Below are positions 48,110-57,083 of a stretch of 64,000 nucleotides of DNA, piece by piece. This DNA comes from an uncultured Elusimicrobia bacterium (lineage in GTDB: Bacteria > Elusimicrobiota > Elusimicrobia > Elusimicrobiales > UBA9959), in the NCBI GenBank assembly GCA_903889965.1, contig CAISZM010000040.1:38439-102438 (forward strand), in the 5' to 3' direction. Below the pieces are notes generated by a model. The model saw only the letters and a list, made by a program, of their open reading frames with translations. It was not told the DNA's origin and ran no database searches. Made by a program: the position numbers and the translations under genes. Position 1 is the first letter of the stretch. Each line of letters opens with the position of its first letter.

Positions 48110-49210
48110 TTATTTGGAAGAGCGTATCTTACGTATAACTTCATTAACCCACTCGGACTCTTTTATTACTTTTATCTGCTTTCCCTTCTCTATCCAGATC
48201 CCGCGGCCCTTGCCGCCGGCCACGCCGAAATCGGCAGAACGCGCCTCGCCGGGCCCGTTGACCACGCAGCCCATCACGGCGATCTTCATACCCTCGGACT
48301 TCTCGCGCAGCCCGCGGTTGGAATAGATGCGGTCCTCCAGTTCATGTATAACCTTTCCTACGTTGACCTGGCAGCGGCCGCATGTGGGACAGGAAACGAG
48401 GTCGGGACCGTAACTGCGCAGCCCCAGGCTCTTCAGTATCTCATAGGCGGCGCGCACCTGCATGGCGGGGTCCTCGGTGAGGGAAACCCTGACGGTGTCG
48501 CCTATGCCCTGTGAGAGCAGGAGCCCTATGCCCAGCGAGGACTTTACCGTGCCGGCCAGGAAACTTCCTGCCTCGGTAACGCCCAGGTGCAGCGGGATGT
48601 CGGACTTCTCCGAGAAAAGGACATTGGCCATCACGGTCCGCTCTATATCGTCGGCTTTCAGAGAAACCACTATATCCCTGAAGCCGAACCGCTCGAGCGC
48701 GCGCACCTCGTCCAGGGCTTCCTTGACCATAAGCCTGGCCCAGTCATAAGGCTGCCAGGCCGGTTTCGGGTTATCCTTAAGGGCTTTGAGGGAACCGGCG
48801 TTAACACCTATCCTTATCGGAACCCCTGCGGACTTGCACGCCTTGACGACTTCCTTGACCTTGTCGCGCTCGCCGATATTTCCGGGGTTGATGCGCACCT
48901 TGTCTACGCCCTGGCGCACGGACTCCACCGCCAGCCGCCAGTCAAAATGTATGTCGGCCACCAGGGGGATGGAGATAGCGCGCTTGATGCGGCCCAGGTT
49001 CGAAGCCGCCTGCATGTCCGGCACGGCGACGCGTATTATCTCGCATCCCGCCTCCTCCAGACGGCGTATCTGGTCCACCGTGGCTTTAAGGTCGCGGGTG
49101 TCGGTATTGCACATAGACTGCACCGACACGGGGTTGCTGCCGCCTATGGCGAAGCGGCCGGCTTTGACTACGCGGGTCTTGCGGGATTTGGCGTGGCAGG
49201 CGCAGGCCAT
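48110..49210 (-). CDS. ispG: 4-hydroxy-3-methylbut-2-en-1-yl diphosphate synthase
   Basis: 366 aa with 'VQSMCNTDT', 'RVAVPD', 'SCPTCGRC' and 'VMGCVVNGPGE'. Confidence 0.95.
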   Translation of the reverse strand: MACACHAKSRKTRVVKAGRFAIGGSNPVSVQSMCNTDTRDLKATVDQIRRLEEAGCEIIRVAVPDMQAASNLGRIKRAISIPLVADIHFDWRLAVESVRQGVDKVRINPGNIGERDKVKEVVKACKSAGVPIRIGVNAGSLKALKDNPKPAWQPYDWARLMVKEALDEVRALERFGFRDIVVSLKADDIERTVMANVLFSEKSDIPLHLGVTEAGSFLAGTVKSSLGIGLLLSQGIGDTVRVSLTEDPAMQVRAAYEILKSLGLRSYGPDLVSCPTCGRCQVNVGKVIHELEDRIYSNRGLREKSEGMKIAVMGCVVNGPGEARSADFGVAGGKGRGIWIEKGKQIKVIKESEWVNEVIRKIRSSK

Positions 49211-49211
49211 T

Positions 49212-50288
49212 CTACTTTATCTCCATGGCCCTGGCGGCTTTTTTGGCGTCGTGGGCGGTTTTTATCCGCACGATGTCGCTGTAGGTGGCGAAAAGGAATA
49301 TGCTCATCAGCAGCGCCATTCCGGCCACGTTCACGTATTTCATGATATTGGCGGACAGCTTACGGCGCGAGACCCCTTCAAAGAGGTAAAGGACGATCCA
49401 GCCGCCGTCCAGCAGCGGGATCGGAAGCAGATTAAAAAAGCCGACGGCCACCGATATCAGGGCTATCAGGAAAACAAGGTCGCCCAGGCCCGAGTGCGCC
49501 GCCTTGCTCACGATGTTCACGATGCCTATGGGCCCGGCCAGGTCCGGACGCTCGTGTTTGTGGATATTGGCGTAGAGGCTTTTTACGGTGAAGGCGGTCC
49601 AGTACCAGCACTGGTAAAGCCCCATATTCAGCCCCTTGAAAAAGGGAACGCGGAGGTAAACAGGGAGCGGTGAGATGCCCACCACCCCGCGCGACGGGTC
49701 CTGCGGATCCTTGCGCGTGGTAAGCTTTACCACGGACTGGGCCCCGGCGCGGCTGTACTCCACGGAAATTTCCTTACCCACTTTACCGTGTATTATCCCG
49801 GCCATTTGTTCCCAGGTGGCCACTCCCGCCCCGTCCACTTTCAGTATCCTGTCTCCGGACCTGAGGCCGGCGGTTTGGGCGGGATAGTCCAGCACCAGGT
49901 CGCCCACCACGGGTTCATTCGAAGGCGCGGGTTCCCCGACCACAAGTATCACTCCCGAGAAAAGGGAGAATGCCAGCAGGTAGTTCATCATGGGTCCGGC
50001 GAAGACCACCGCCAGGCGGGCGTACCAGGGCTTGGAGAAATACTCGTCGGGCGCTCCGGAAGCCTCTTCAATGTTCTCTCCGGCGGGTTTGACATATCCG
50101 CCCAGCGGCACGGCCCGGAGGGAATAGCGGGTGGAGCCTCTGGTGCGGCCGTACAGCTCGGGCCCGAAGCCGAAGGAGAAAGCCTCCACCCGGATACCGG
50201 AAAGCCGGCACACGATGAAATGGCCGAACTCGTGAAGGAATATCACCAGGCCGAAAGTAAACAGCACCGCTGCTATGGATATGATCAT
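49212..50288 (-). CDS. rseP: RIP metalloprotease RseP (site-2 protease)
   Basis: 358 aa with 'LHEFGHFIVCR' (HExxH), a PDZ-like middle region and 'NLLPIPLLDGG'. Confidence 0.93.
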   Translation of the reverse strand: MIISIAAVLFTFGLVIFLHEFGHFIVCRLSGIRVEAFSFGFGPELYGRTRGSTRYSLRAVPLGGYVKPAGENIEEASGAPDEYFSKPWYARLAVVFAGPMMNYLLAFSLFSGVILVVGEPAPSNEPVVGDLVLDYPAQTAGLRSGDRILKVDGAGVATWEQMAGIIHGKVGKEISVEYSRAGAQSVVKLTTRKDPQDPSRGVVGISPLPVYLRVPFFKGLNMGLYQCWYWTAFTVKSLYANIHKHERPDLAGPIGIVNIVSKAAHSGLGDLVFLIALISVAVGFFNLLPIPLLDGGWIVLYLFEGVSRRKLSANIMKYVNVAGMALLMSIFLFATYSDIVRIKTAHDAKKAARAMEIK

Positions 50289-50301
50289 TTTTGCCCTTTT
50301 A

Positions 50302-51477
50302 TCAGCGCCTTATCCCGAGTGCGACCGCGGCGGCCTTCTCCCTGGCCCAGCCGTCGGCCTCAACGGCCGCGGACAGCGTAAGACGCTCCTTGCTGTCGCC
50401 GCGGCAGGCGGACAGCGTCTTTTCCACGACCGCCGCTATATCTGTGAAACGCAGCTTGCCGGAAATAAAATTCTCCACGGCCACCTCGTTGGCGGCGTTG
50501 AGAGCGGAGGGGTATATGCCGCCCTTTCCGGCGGCGTAAAAGGCAAGCTCGAGGCAGGGGAAGCGGCGGAAATCCGGCCGGGCAAAGTCCAGGCGCGAAA
50601 GCTTGAAGAAATCCAGCGGCTCAGCCAGGGATTTCGCGCGGCCCGGCCAGGTGAGCGCGTACTGTATAGGCAGCTTCATATCCGGGTTTGACATCTGCGC
50701 CAGCACAGAGCCGTCCTTGAATTCCACTCCCGAATGCATCACCGACTGGGGATGTATCAGCACCTCTATCTTTGAGATCGGCAGCGAGAAAAGGCCGCTG
50801 ATCTCTATCGCCTCCAGGCCCTTGTTCATAAGCGTGGAGGAATCCACGGTTATCTTGGGCCCCATGCTCCAGCGGGGATGCCTCAGAGCCTGCGCTGGCT
50901 TAACCAGGGCCAGCGAACCTTTGGTCCGGTAGAAAGGACCGCCGGAGGCCGTCAGGAAGATCTTTGAAACAGAGGCGCCATAGAGGCCGGGCTCTATCCC
51001 GGCCAGGCACTGGAATATGGCGGAAGGTTCGGAGTCCACCGGGATTATCCTTGCCGACCAGCGCCTGGCCTCTTTCATCAGCAGTTCCCCGGCCATCACC
51101 ATCGGCTCCTTGTTGGCGAGCGCGATCTGTTTTGACGCGCGTATAGCGGCCAGCAGCGGGGCAAAACCCACCGCTCCCGTGACGGCATTCAGCACTATAT
51201 CCGCTTCTTTCAGCGAGGCCATGGCCACGAGGCCCTCAACTCCGGGCGGCAGCACCTTGACACCGCGCGGGGGGGAGGCTTTAAGCTGTTTCCAGGCGGC
51301 GTAATCGAAAACCGAAACATAGGCCGGCTTGACCTCGCTCGCCTGGGCGGCCAGCGCCTTAAGGTTGGAGTTGGCCGCCAGCCCGAGCACGCGCCAGCCT
51401 TTCCCTAGGTTTTTAACGGCCTTTACGGCGTTTACGCCTATGGAGCCGGTGGAGCCGAGTATTACTATGTTTTTCAT
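50302..51477 (-). CDS. dxr: 1-deoxy-D-xylulose 5-phosphate reductoisomerase
   Basis: 391 aa with 'ILGSTGSIGVNA', 'LANKE' and 'IHPQSVMHS'. Confidence 0.95.
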   Translation of the reverse strand: MKNIVILGSTGSIGVNAVKAVKNLGKGWRVLGLAANSNLKALAAQASEVKPAYVSVFDYAAWKQLKASPPRGVKVLPPGVEGLVAMASLKEADIVLNAVTGAVGFAPLLAAIRASKQIALANKEPMVMAGELLMKEARRWSARIIPVDSEPSAIFQCLAGIEPGLYGASVSKIFLTASGGPFYRTKGSLALVKPAQALRHPRWSMGPKITVDSSTLMNKGLEAIEISGLFSLPISKIEVLIHPQSVMHSGVEFKDGSVLAQMSNPDMKLPIQYALTWPGRAKSLAEPLDFFKLSRLDFARPDFRRFPCLELAFYAAGKGGIYPSALNAANEVAVENFISGKLRFTDIAAVVEKTLSACRGDSKERLTLSAAVEADGWAREKAAAVALGIRR

Positions 51478-51527
51478 TGGTTGCGCTGACCGCGCCGAAA
51501 TCTTTTTATGCCGCCGGCCGGGCCGCT

Positions 51528-52337
51528 TTAGCGGGCCAGGATAGCGTAGTAATACATCAACGGAGCGAGGAAAATATAGGAATCGAACCGGTCCAGCATC
51601 CCGCCATGCCCCGGCAGCAGATTGGAGGAATCCTTCACGCCCACGGCCCGTTTAAGCATAGATTCGGAAATATCCGAAACCTGTCCAAAGATGCCGATGA
51701 GCACGCCGGCGCCCGCGGCGAAGCGGGGTGAAATAGCGCCGTCAGTAAGGCGCCCGATGGCGAGCGCGGTGATCACCGAGGCGATGAAGCCGGCGGCCGC
51801 TCCCTCCCAGGTTTTCTTCGGGCTTATCGTAGAAAGCTGGCGGCGCCCGAACGACTTGCCGAGAAAATAAGCCGCGGTGTCCATTACCCAGACCGTAACT
51901 ATGAGCATGAAGGTAAGGCTCATACCGTCCGGGCGGATGTCCCTGAGCGCCACTAGGTGGAAAAGGCACCAGGAGATCATGAAGATGCCGAGCAGCGTCA
52001 GGCCTATGCGTTCCAGATATTTCTTCGAAGAGAAAAGTTCGCAGGTCATCGCGCAGATAACCGTGAGCGCTATTACCAGGCCGGTGAAGTTGTCGCCTCC
52101 GGCCTGGGCCGCCGAGTACCGGTCGAAATAAAGGGCGGCCGGCAGCAGCAGGCCGAAAACGTAGAGGACGGGGGCCTGCACGGGTTTAGCGCCCAGCTTC
52201 ATGAGCGTGGCGAACTCGTAAAGGGAAACGGCTATTATCGCGAAAACGAATATGGCGTACGGTGGGCCCCCGGCGCGTATAAGAAGCACCACCGCCGGTA
52301 TGCCGAACAAAGCTGTCAGAAATCGTGGTAAAAGCAT
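51528..52337 (-). CDS. cdsA: phosphatidate cytidylyltransferase
   Basis: 269-aa polytopic protein with 'SPKKTWEG' and 'GHGGMLDRFDS'. Confidence 0.93.
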   Translation of the reverse strand: MLLPRFLTALFGIPAVVLLIRAGGPPYAIFVFAIIAVSLYEFATLMKLGAKPVQAPVLYVFGLLLPAALYFDRYSAAQAGGDNFTGLVIALTVICAMTCELFSSKKYLERIGLTLLGIFMISWCLFHLVALRDIRPDGMSLTFMLIVTVWVMDTAAYFLGKSFGRRQLSTISPKKTWEGAAAGFIASVITALAIGRLTDGAISPRFAAGAGVLIGIFGQVSDISESMLKRAVGVKDSSNLLPGHGGMLDRFDSYIFLAPLMYYYAILAR

Positions 52338-52341
52338 AGCG

Positions 52342-53049
52342 TCAGGTACCTCTCCTTCTCTCGCGCTCCTGGTAGTCGCGGATAGCGCTGAGGAACTCTT
52401 CGCCGCGGAAATCCGGCCAGAGGGTGTCCGTAACGTAGAACTCCGAGTAGGCCGTCTGCCAGAGCAGGAAATTGGAAATGCGCATTTCGCCGGAAGTGCG
52501 TATCAGCAGGTCGGGGTCCGGCAGCGAAGGGGTGTAGAGCAGCGAGGAGAAAGTTTTCTCGTCCACGCTTTTAAGCCCCGCGGATATCGCCTTGTTGGCG
52601 GCGTCCAGTATTTCCTGGCGGCCGCCGTAATTAAGGGCGATGTTAAGTATCATTCCGGTGTTGCCTTGAAGCCTCGCTTCGGCGGAGCGCAGGGCCTCGC
52701 GGGCGGGACGCGGCAGTTCGTCTATGCGGCCGCTCAGCATAAGCTTCACATTTTCCCCGTCAAGTTCGTCGCAATAGGAGGTTATGGTCTTCTTAAGCAG
52801 CAGCATCAGCGCGCTCACCTCGAGTTTGGACCGGCGCCAATTCTCGGTGGAGAACGCGTATATGGTGAGGACCTTCAGCCCGGCGCGGCTGGCAGCGCGC
52901 ACCACCGCGTGCACCGAGGCCACCCCGGCCTTGTGCCCGGCCACGGACGGCAGGCCGCGTTTCTTGGCCCAGCGCCTGTTGCCGTCCATGATAATGGCCA
53001 CATGGGCGGGCAGGCGGGAAGTGTTCGGATTGGCGCTGTGCTGGTCCAT
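52342..53049 (-). CDS. uppS: isoprenyl transferase (undecaprenyl diphosphate synthase)
   Basis: 235 aa with 'HVAIIMDGNRRWA', 'FSTENWRR' and 'RTSGEMRISNFLLWQ'. Confidence 0.95.
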   Translation of the reverse strand: MDQHSANPNTSRLPAHVAIIMDGNRRWAKKRGLPSVAGHKAGVASVHAVVRAASRAGLKVLTIYAFSTENWRRSKLEVSALMLLLKKTITSYCDELDGENVKLMLSGRIDELPRPAREALRSAEARLQGNTGMILNIALNYGGRQEILDAANKAISAGLKSVDEKTFSSLLYTPSLPDPDLLIRTSGEMRISNFLLWQTAYSEFYVTDTLWPDFRGEEFLSAIRDYQERERRRGT

Positions 53050-53618
53050 CAGACTGTCAGGAGTTCTTTTTCCTTGGCTGCCACGATATCGTCTATGTTC
53101 TTCGAGAAAGAATCGGTGTGTTTTTGTATGACGCCTTCGCTGCGTTCAGAGTCGTCCTCGGATATCTCCCCGGCCTTCTGCGCTTTTTTTATCTTTTCTA
53201 TCGCGTCGCGGCGCGCGTTGCGCACCTGAACCCGGGCGTCTTCTCCCATGCTATGCACGACCTTCACCATTTTTTTACGCTGATCCTCGGTCATCGGAGG
53301 GAGGTTTATGCGGATAACGTTGCCGTTGCGCGAAGGTGAGGAACCAAAATCCATTTTCTGAAGCGCGGATTCCACCGCGTCCGCGGCGCCTGCGTCCCAC
53401 GGGCGCACCTCGATGGTGCGGGGCTCCGGTATCGAAACGGCGGCGACCTGCTTCAGCGGCACCCGCGTGCCGTAGTACTCGACGTAAACGTTGTCCAGCA
53501 GCTGCGGGGTGGCCCTGCCGGTGCGGAGCGACGTGAGCTCGCGCTTGAATTTGTCCACTTTCTCGAGCATTTCCAGCTCAGCCGTGGATATAGTGTCCTC
53601 TATGGAAGATTCCGCCAT
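53049..53618 (-). CDS. frr: ribosome recycling factor
   Basis: 189 aa with 'LRTGRATPQLLD' and 'IPEPRTIEVRPWD'. Confidence 0.95.
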   Translation of the reverse strand: MAESSIEDTISTAELEMLEKVDKFKRELTSLRTGRATPQLLDNVYVEYYGTRVPLKQVAAVSIPEPRTIEVRPWDAGAADAVESALQKMDFGSSPSRNGNVIRINLPPMTEDQRKKMVKVVHSMGEDARVQVRNARRDAIEKIKKAQKAGEISEDDSERSEGVIQKHTDSFSKNIDDIVAAKEKELLTV

Positions 53619-53698
53619 AAAACCGCCTCCTGTGCCGTTGCGGGAAAGGCCCGCCGCACATGGTAATTATATTATATTAGGGGGAGCGTTTGGAGGCG

Positions 53699-54271
53699 CT
53701 ATCGCTGGGAGGCCACGGAGTCTTCTACCAGTTCGCAGATTATATGGGCAGCCAGTATATGTATTTCCTGCACCCGGGGCGTATCCGTTTCCGCGGCCAG
53801 GAAGGCGAGGTCGCAGTATTGTTTTATCGCGCCCCCGTTCTTCCCGAAAAAACCGACGACGGTCATTCCGATCTCTTTAGCCTTGACCGCGGCCTTCAGG
53901 ACGTTCTGACTGGAGCCGGAGGTGGAGATAACTATAAGCAGGTCGCCCCTGCGCCCGAGAGCCTCCACCTGGCGTTCAAAAACCCTGTCGAAGCCGTAAT
54001 CGTTGCCGAGGCAGGTCAGTACGGAGGTGTCGGAGGTAAGCGCCACGGCGGCGATCGCGGGCCGTTCTTTTTTAAAGCGTCCCACAAGTTCGCCAGCGAT
54101 GTGCTGGCTGTCAGCCGCCGACCCGCCATTGCCGCAGATGAGTATTTTTCCCCCGGACGAGGCGGTCCCGGACAAGGCGCCGGCTATGGCTACAAGCGTC
54201 CGGGGCGCGGCCGCAAGGGCGGCCGCCGCCGCGATGTGGCGGGAAATAGCGGATGAGATCTTGTCTTCCAT
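53699..54271 (-). CDS. gmhA: SIS-domain D-sedoheptulose-7-phosphate isomerase
   Basis: 190 aa with '[22 protein letters not shown]', '[18 protein letters not shown]', '[10 protein letters not shown]' and 'RVQEIHI'. Confidence 0.9.
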   Translation of the reverse strand: MEDKISSAISRHIAAAAALAAAPRTLVAIAGALSGTASSGGKILICGNGGSAADSQHIAGELVGRFKKERPAIAAVALTSDTSVLTCLGNDYGFDRVFERQVEALGRRGDLLIVISTSGSSQNVLKAAVKAKEIGMTVVGFFGKNGGAIKQYCDLAFLAAETDTPRVQEIHILAAHIICELVEDSVASQR

Positions 54272-54975
54272 CAGTGTATAAGGGTGCCGATCTTCTCGCC
54301 TGACATAGCGCGCCGTATATTGCCGGGCTTATGCAGGTTGAACACAAGTATGGGGATATGGTTCTCCATACACATCGTAAGGGCGCTGGCGTCCATGATC
54401 TTAAGACCCTTGCTTATGGCGGACATGTAGGAAATGTCCTTTATCAGCTTGGCCCCATGGTCCTTCTTCGGGTCTTTGTTGTAGACCCCGTCCACCTGCG
54501 TGGCCTTGAAGATAACGTCGGCGTTCATCTCGGCCGCGCGCAGCGCGGCGGCCGTGTCCGTGGTGAAATAAGGGTTGCCGGTGCCGCCGGCGAAAATAAC
54601 CACGCGGTCCTTCTCAAGGTGGCGCAGCGCCCTGCGGCGTATGAACGGCTCGGCCAGGCGGGAAAGCTCTATGGCCGTCTGTACGCGGGTGGAGATACCT
54701 TCATGTTCCAGGGCCGACTGGAGCGCCATCGCGTTTATTATCGTGGCGAGCATCCCCATGTTATCGGAGGTGACGCGGTCTATCATGCCGCTGCCGTCGC
54801 GCGCCCCGCGCCAGATATTTCCGCCGCCGATGACCAAGGCCAGGCGCGTGCCGCGCCTGAGGCCTTTGGAGATCTCTTTGGCTATAAAAGTCAGAGAGGG
54901 GGGATTGATAGAACGGCTGTCCCCGGGGGAACCCAGCGCCTCGCCGGAAAGTTTCAGGAGTACACGCTTATACAT
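54271..54975 (-). CDS. pyrH: UMP kinase
   Basis: 234 aa with '[13 protein letters not shown]', '[10 protein letters not shown]' and '[17 protein letters not shown]'. Confidence 0.95.
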   Translation of the reverse strand: MYKRVLLKLSGEALGSPGDSRSINPPSLTFIAKEISKGLRRGTRLALVIGGGNIWRGARDGSGMIDRVTSDNMGMLATIINAMALQSALEHEGISTRVQTAIELSRLAEPFIRRRALRHLEKDRVVIFAGGTGNPYFTTDTAAALRAAEMNADVIFKATQVDGVYNKDPKKDHGAKLIKDISYMSAISKGLKIMDASALTMCMENHIPILVFNLHKPGNIRRAMSGEKIGTLIH

Positions 54976-54985
54976 AAGGCAGGTT

Positions 54986-55011
54986 TAGAGTGTAGAGATT
55001 AGAGTTGAGAG
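54986..55011. repeat. four 7-bp-periodic pentamer repeats (TAGAG x3, GAGAG) in the tsf-pyrH spacer
   Basis: TAGAG is at 54986, 54993 and 55000, and GAGAG at 55007. CTCTA copies at 55050 and 55071 lie on the other side. GTGTAGAG/CTCTACAC and a GC-rich inner stem give a long imperfect hairpin across 54991-55058. Confidence 0.7.
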
Positions 55012-55067
55012 CGGGCGCCGAAAGAACATTTGAGGCGTCCCGCCCTCCGCTCTACACTTCCGCGAGC

Positions 55068-55970
55068 TTACTCTACTCCGACCAGGTAACAGTGGAAGCG
55101 CTTCACTTCTACAGCGCCGCCGAGCTTGGCGGCCAGGTTCTTCACGGCCTGCGCCACGCTCGACTTGGAATCGCGTATGGAAGCCTGCTCAAGGAGGCAG
55201 GACTCCTGGTAGAACTTGTTGACGCGGCCTTCAAGCATCTTTCCCACGGCCTCCGGGGCCTTGGGCTTGTAGGTCTTGCCGGTTTCGGCGGCCAGCGCCT
55301 TGGCGTCCGCCTCGTCCTTCTCCATCTTGGCGCGGTATATTTCCCGTTCCTTCGCGACCACGTCCGCGGGAACCTCCTCGCGGCGCAGATACTTGGGGCT
55401 CATAGCCACGCTCTGCATCGCCAGTTCCCTGGCCAGCGCCTCGATCTCGCCCTTCGCGGCGGCCATATCTCCCGCAAAGGAGATCTCCACCATGGCGCCT
55501 TTGCGGTTGTCGGAGTGGACGTAATAGCCGGCTGCGGTGTTGGCCCCGGTTTTGTAGACGACGCCGCGGCGTATCTGCATGTTCTCGCCCATCTTCATGG
55601 CCACGGCCTGCATCCGTTCTTTTGCCTTCTCGCTTTCGGCCGGGTTCGCCAGCGCCGCGTCCGTAAGCATATCGGACGCCAACGCCGCGGAAAAATTAGC
55701 TACGTCGGGATTCTTGGCCACGAAGTCCGTCTCACAGTTGATCTCGAGCAGGGAACACGTTTTCCCGTCGGAGGATCTTTTCACCGCCACGATGCCTTCC
55801 TTCATGGCGCGGCCCGCGCGTTTGGCTAGTCCCGCCAGGCCCTTCTTGCGCAGTATGTCCACGGCTTTCGCGACATCGCCGCCTGATTCGTTAAGCGCGC
55901 CCTTGCAGTCCATGATGCCGGCGCCCGTCTGGCCCCTGAGGGACATTACCTGTTCGCTGGTGATCGCCAT
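55068..55970 (-). CDS. tsf: elongation factor Ts
   Basis: 300 aa with 'ITSEQVMSLRGQTGAGIMDCKGAL' and 'INCETDFVAKN'. Confidence 0.95.
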   Translation of the reverse strand: MAITSEQVMSLRGQTGAGIMDCKGALNESGGDVAKAVDILRKKGLAGLAKRAGRAMKEGIVAVKRSSDGKTCSLLEINCETDFVAKNPDVANFSAALASDMLTDAALANPAESEKAKERMQAVAMKMGENMQIRRGVVYKTGANTAAGYYVHSDNRKGAMVEISFAGDMAAAKGEIEALARELAMQSVAMSPKYLRREEVPADVVAKEREIYRAKMEKDEADAKALAAETGKTYKPKAPEAVGKMLEGRVNKFYQESCLLEQASIRDSKSSVAQAVKNLAAKLGGAVEVKRFHCYLVGVE

Positions 55971-56016
55971 AAATACTCTCCTTTATAAAGTAGGCTGTTG
56001 TGCTGTAAAAAAGGGG

Positions 56017-56049
56017 GCCGCGTATTAAGCCGCGCCCCCTTTAAAACAG
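56017..56049 (-). terminator. rho-independent terminator/attenuator between rpsB and tsf
   Basis: On the minus strand GGGGGCGCG-loop-CGCGGCCCCC forms a 9-10 bp GC stem, followed by UUUUUU (plus-strand A-run 56017-56022). Confidence 0.7.
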
Positions 56050-56059
56050 GAAAAAAGAA

Positions 56060-56896
56060 TTACTCTTCGGTCCTGACGGGCTCTTCCGCGGCGGGGGCTT
56101 CCTCGGCCTGCTGCTCGGCGGGATAAGCTTCGCCCGGCTGTACGGCCTCTTCTCCTGCGGCCACGGCGGCGGCGTCCTGCGCCTGCTGGTGTGCGGCGGC
56201 CTTTTCGGCCTCAGCCTCGGCGCGGCCGTCGATCACCGCGTCCGCAACGGCGGCGCAGAAAAGACGTATCGAGCGGGCGGCGTCGTCGTTTCCGGGGATC
56301 GGCCAGTCTATCTGGTCGGGGTCGCAATTGGTGTCGCAGACTCCTACTACCGGGATCTTGAGCTTGTGGGCTTCCTTGAGGGCGTTAGCCTCGTTCACGG
56401 GGTCCACGATAAAGATGACGTCGGGGAGGTTGCGCATATTGCGTATGCCGCTCAGCAGCTTCACCAGGCGTGCCTTTTCCTTGCTGAGACGGGAAACCTC
56501 TTTTTTGGACATGACCTTGAAAAGGCCGTCGGCTTCGAATTTCTCGAGCTCTTCCAGGCGCTTGAGCGATTTGCGCAGCGTCTCGAAGTTGGTGAGCGTT
56601 CCGCCCAGCCATTTTTCGTGCACGCAGGACACGTCGGAGCGTATCGCTTCCTCGCGTATGATCTCCTTGGCCTGCTTCTTGGTGCCGACAAAGAGGAAGG
56701 TCTTACCCTGCTTGGCGCTGTCCTTTACGTAATTATAGGCCTTCTTTATTTCCTTTACGGTTTTCTGCAAATCAAGTATGTGGATGCCGTTGCGCTCTCC
56801 GAATATGTAGCGCGACATCTTGGGGTTCCACCTGTAGGTCTGGTGGCCGAAATGGACACCGGCTTCGAGCATGCTTTTCATGGTTACGTTTAACAT
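56060..56896 (-). CDS. rpsB: 30S ribosomal protein S2
   Basis: 278 aa with '[19 protein letters not shown]' and '[10 protein letters not shown]'. The C-terminus is Ala/Glu-rich. Confidence 0.96.
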   Translation of the reverse strand: MLNVTMKSMLEAGVHFGHQTYRWNPKMSRYIFGERNGIHILDLQKTVKEIKKAYNYVKDSAKQGKTFLFVGTKKQAKEIIREEAIRSDVSCVHEKWLGGTLTNFETLRKSLKRLEELEKFEADGLFKVMSKKEVSRLSKEKARLVKLLSGIRNMRNLPDVIFIVDPVNEANALKEAHKLKIPVVGVCDTNCDPDQIDWPIPGNDDAARSIRLFCAAVADAVIDGRAEAEAEKAAAHQQAQDAAAVAAGEEAVQPGEAYPAEQQAEEAPAAEEPVRTEE

Positions 56897-56974
56897 TTTT
56901 ACTATCCTCCGTGTTTTTCAGTACTTTCCGTTTCTTTTCCCGCCCTCCAGGAGCAGGATTTCAACGCCACTTAT

Positions 56975-57002
56975 ATTATCATATCGGGGCCAGCTGTTTC
57001 AA
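56975..57002 (-). promoter_or_regulatory. candidate sigma70-type promoter for rpsB (TTGAAA-N16-GATAAT on minus strand)
   Basis: On the plus strand TTTCAA is at 56997-57002 and ATTATC at 56975-56980. This is about 75 nt upstream of the rpsB ATG. Confidence 0.45.
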
Positions 57003-57045
57003 CGCTGGAAGCCCGCGGGTGCGGGAGGGGGAAATATCCATCGAA

Positions 57046-57070
57046 GCCTTGCCCTCTACCAGGGCAAGGC
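57046..57070 (-). terminator. stem-loop just downstream of the glycine-rich protein gene (terminator-like, weak U-tract)
   Basis: GCCTTGCCCT / AGGGCAAGGC form a 10-bp perfect stem with a 5-nt loop, 14 nt after the stop codon. Only UUCG follows, so termination efficiency is uncertain. Confidence 0.45.
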
Positions 57071-57083
57071 CAGGCCTTCAGTT

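Noticed and set aside
54976-55067. The TAGAG/GAG repeats as a TRAP-type (G/U)AG binding array, or a PyrR binding loop controlling pyrH.
   Set aside because: The genes are transcribed from the minus strand, so the RNA carries CUCUA rather than UAG/GAG. The spacing is 7 nt rather than the 5-6 nt of TRAP sites. No ARUCCAGAGAGG-like PyrR loop is present.
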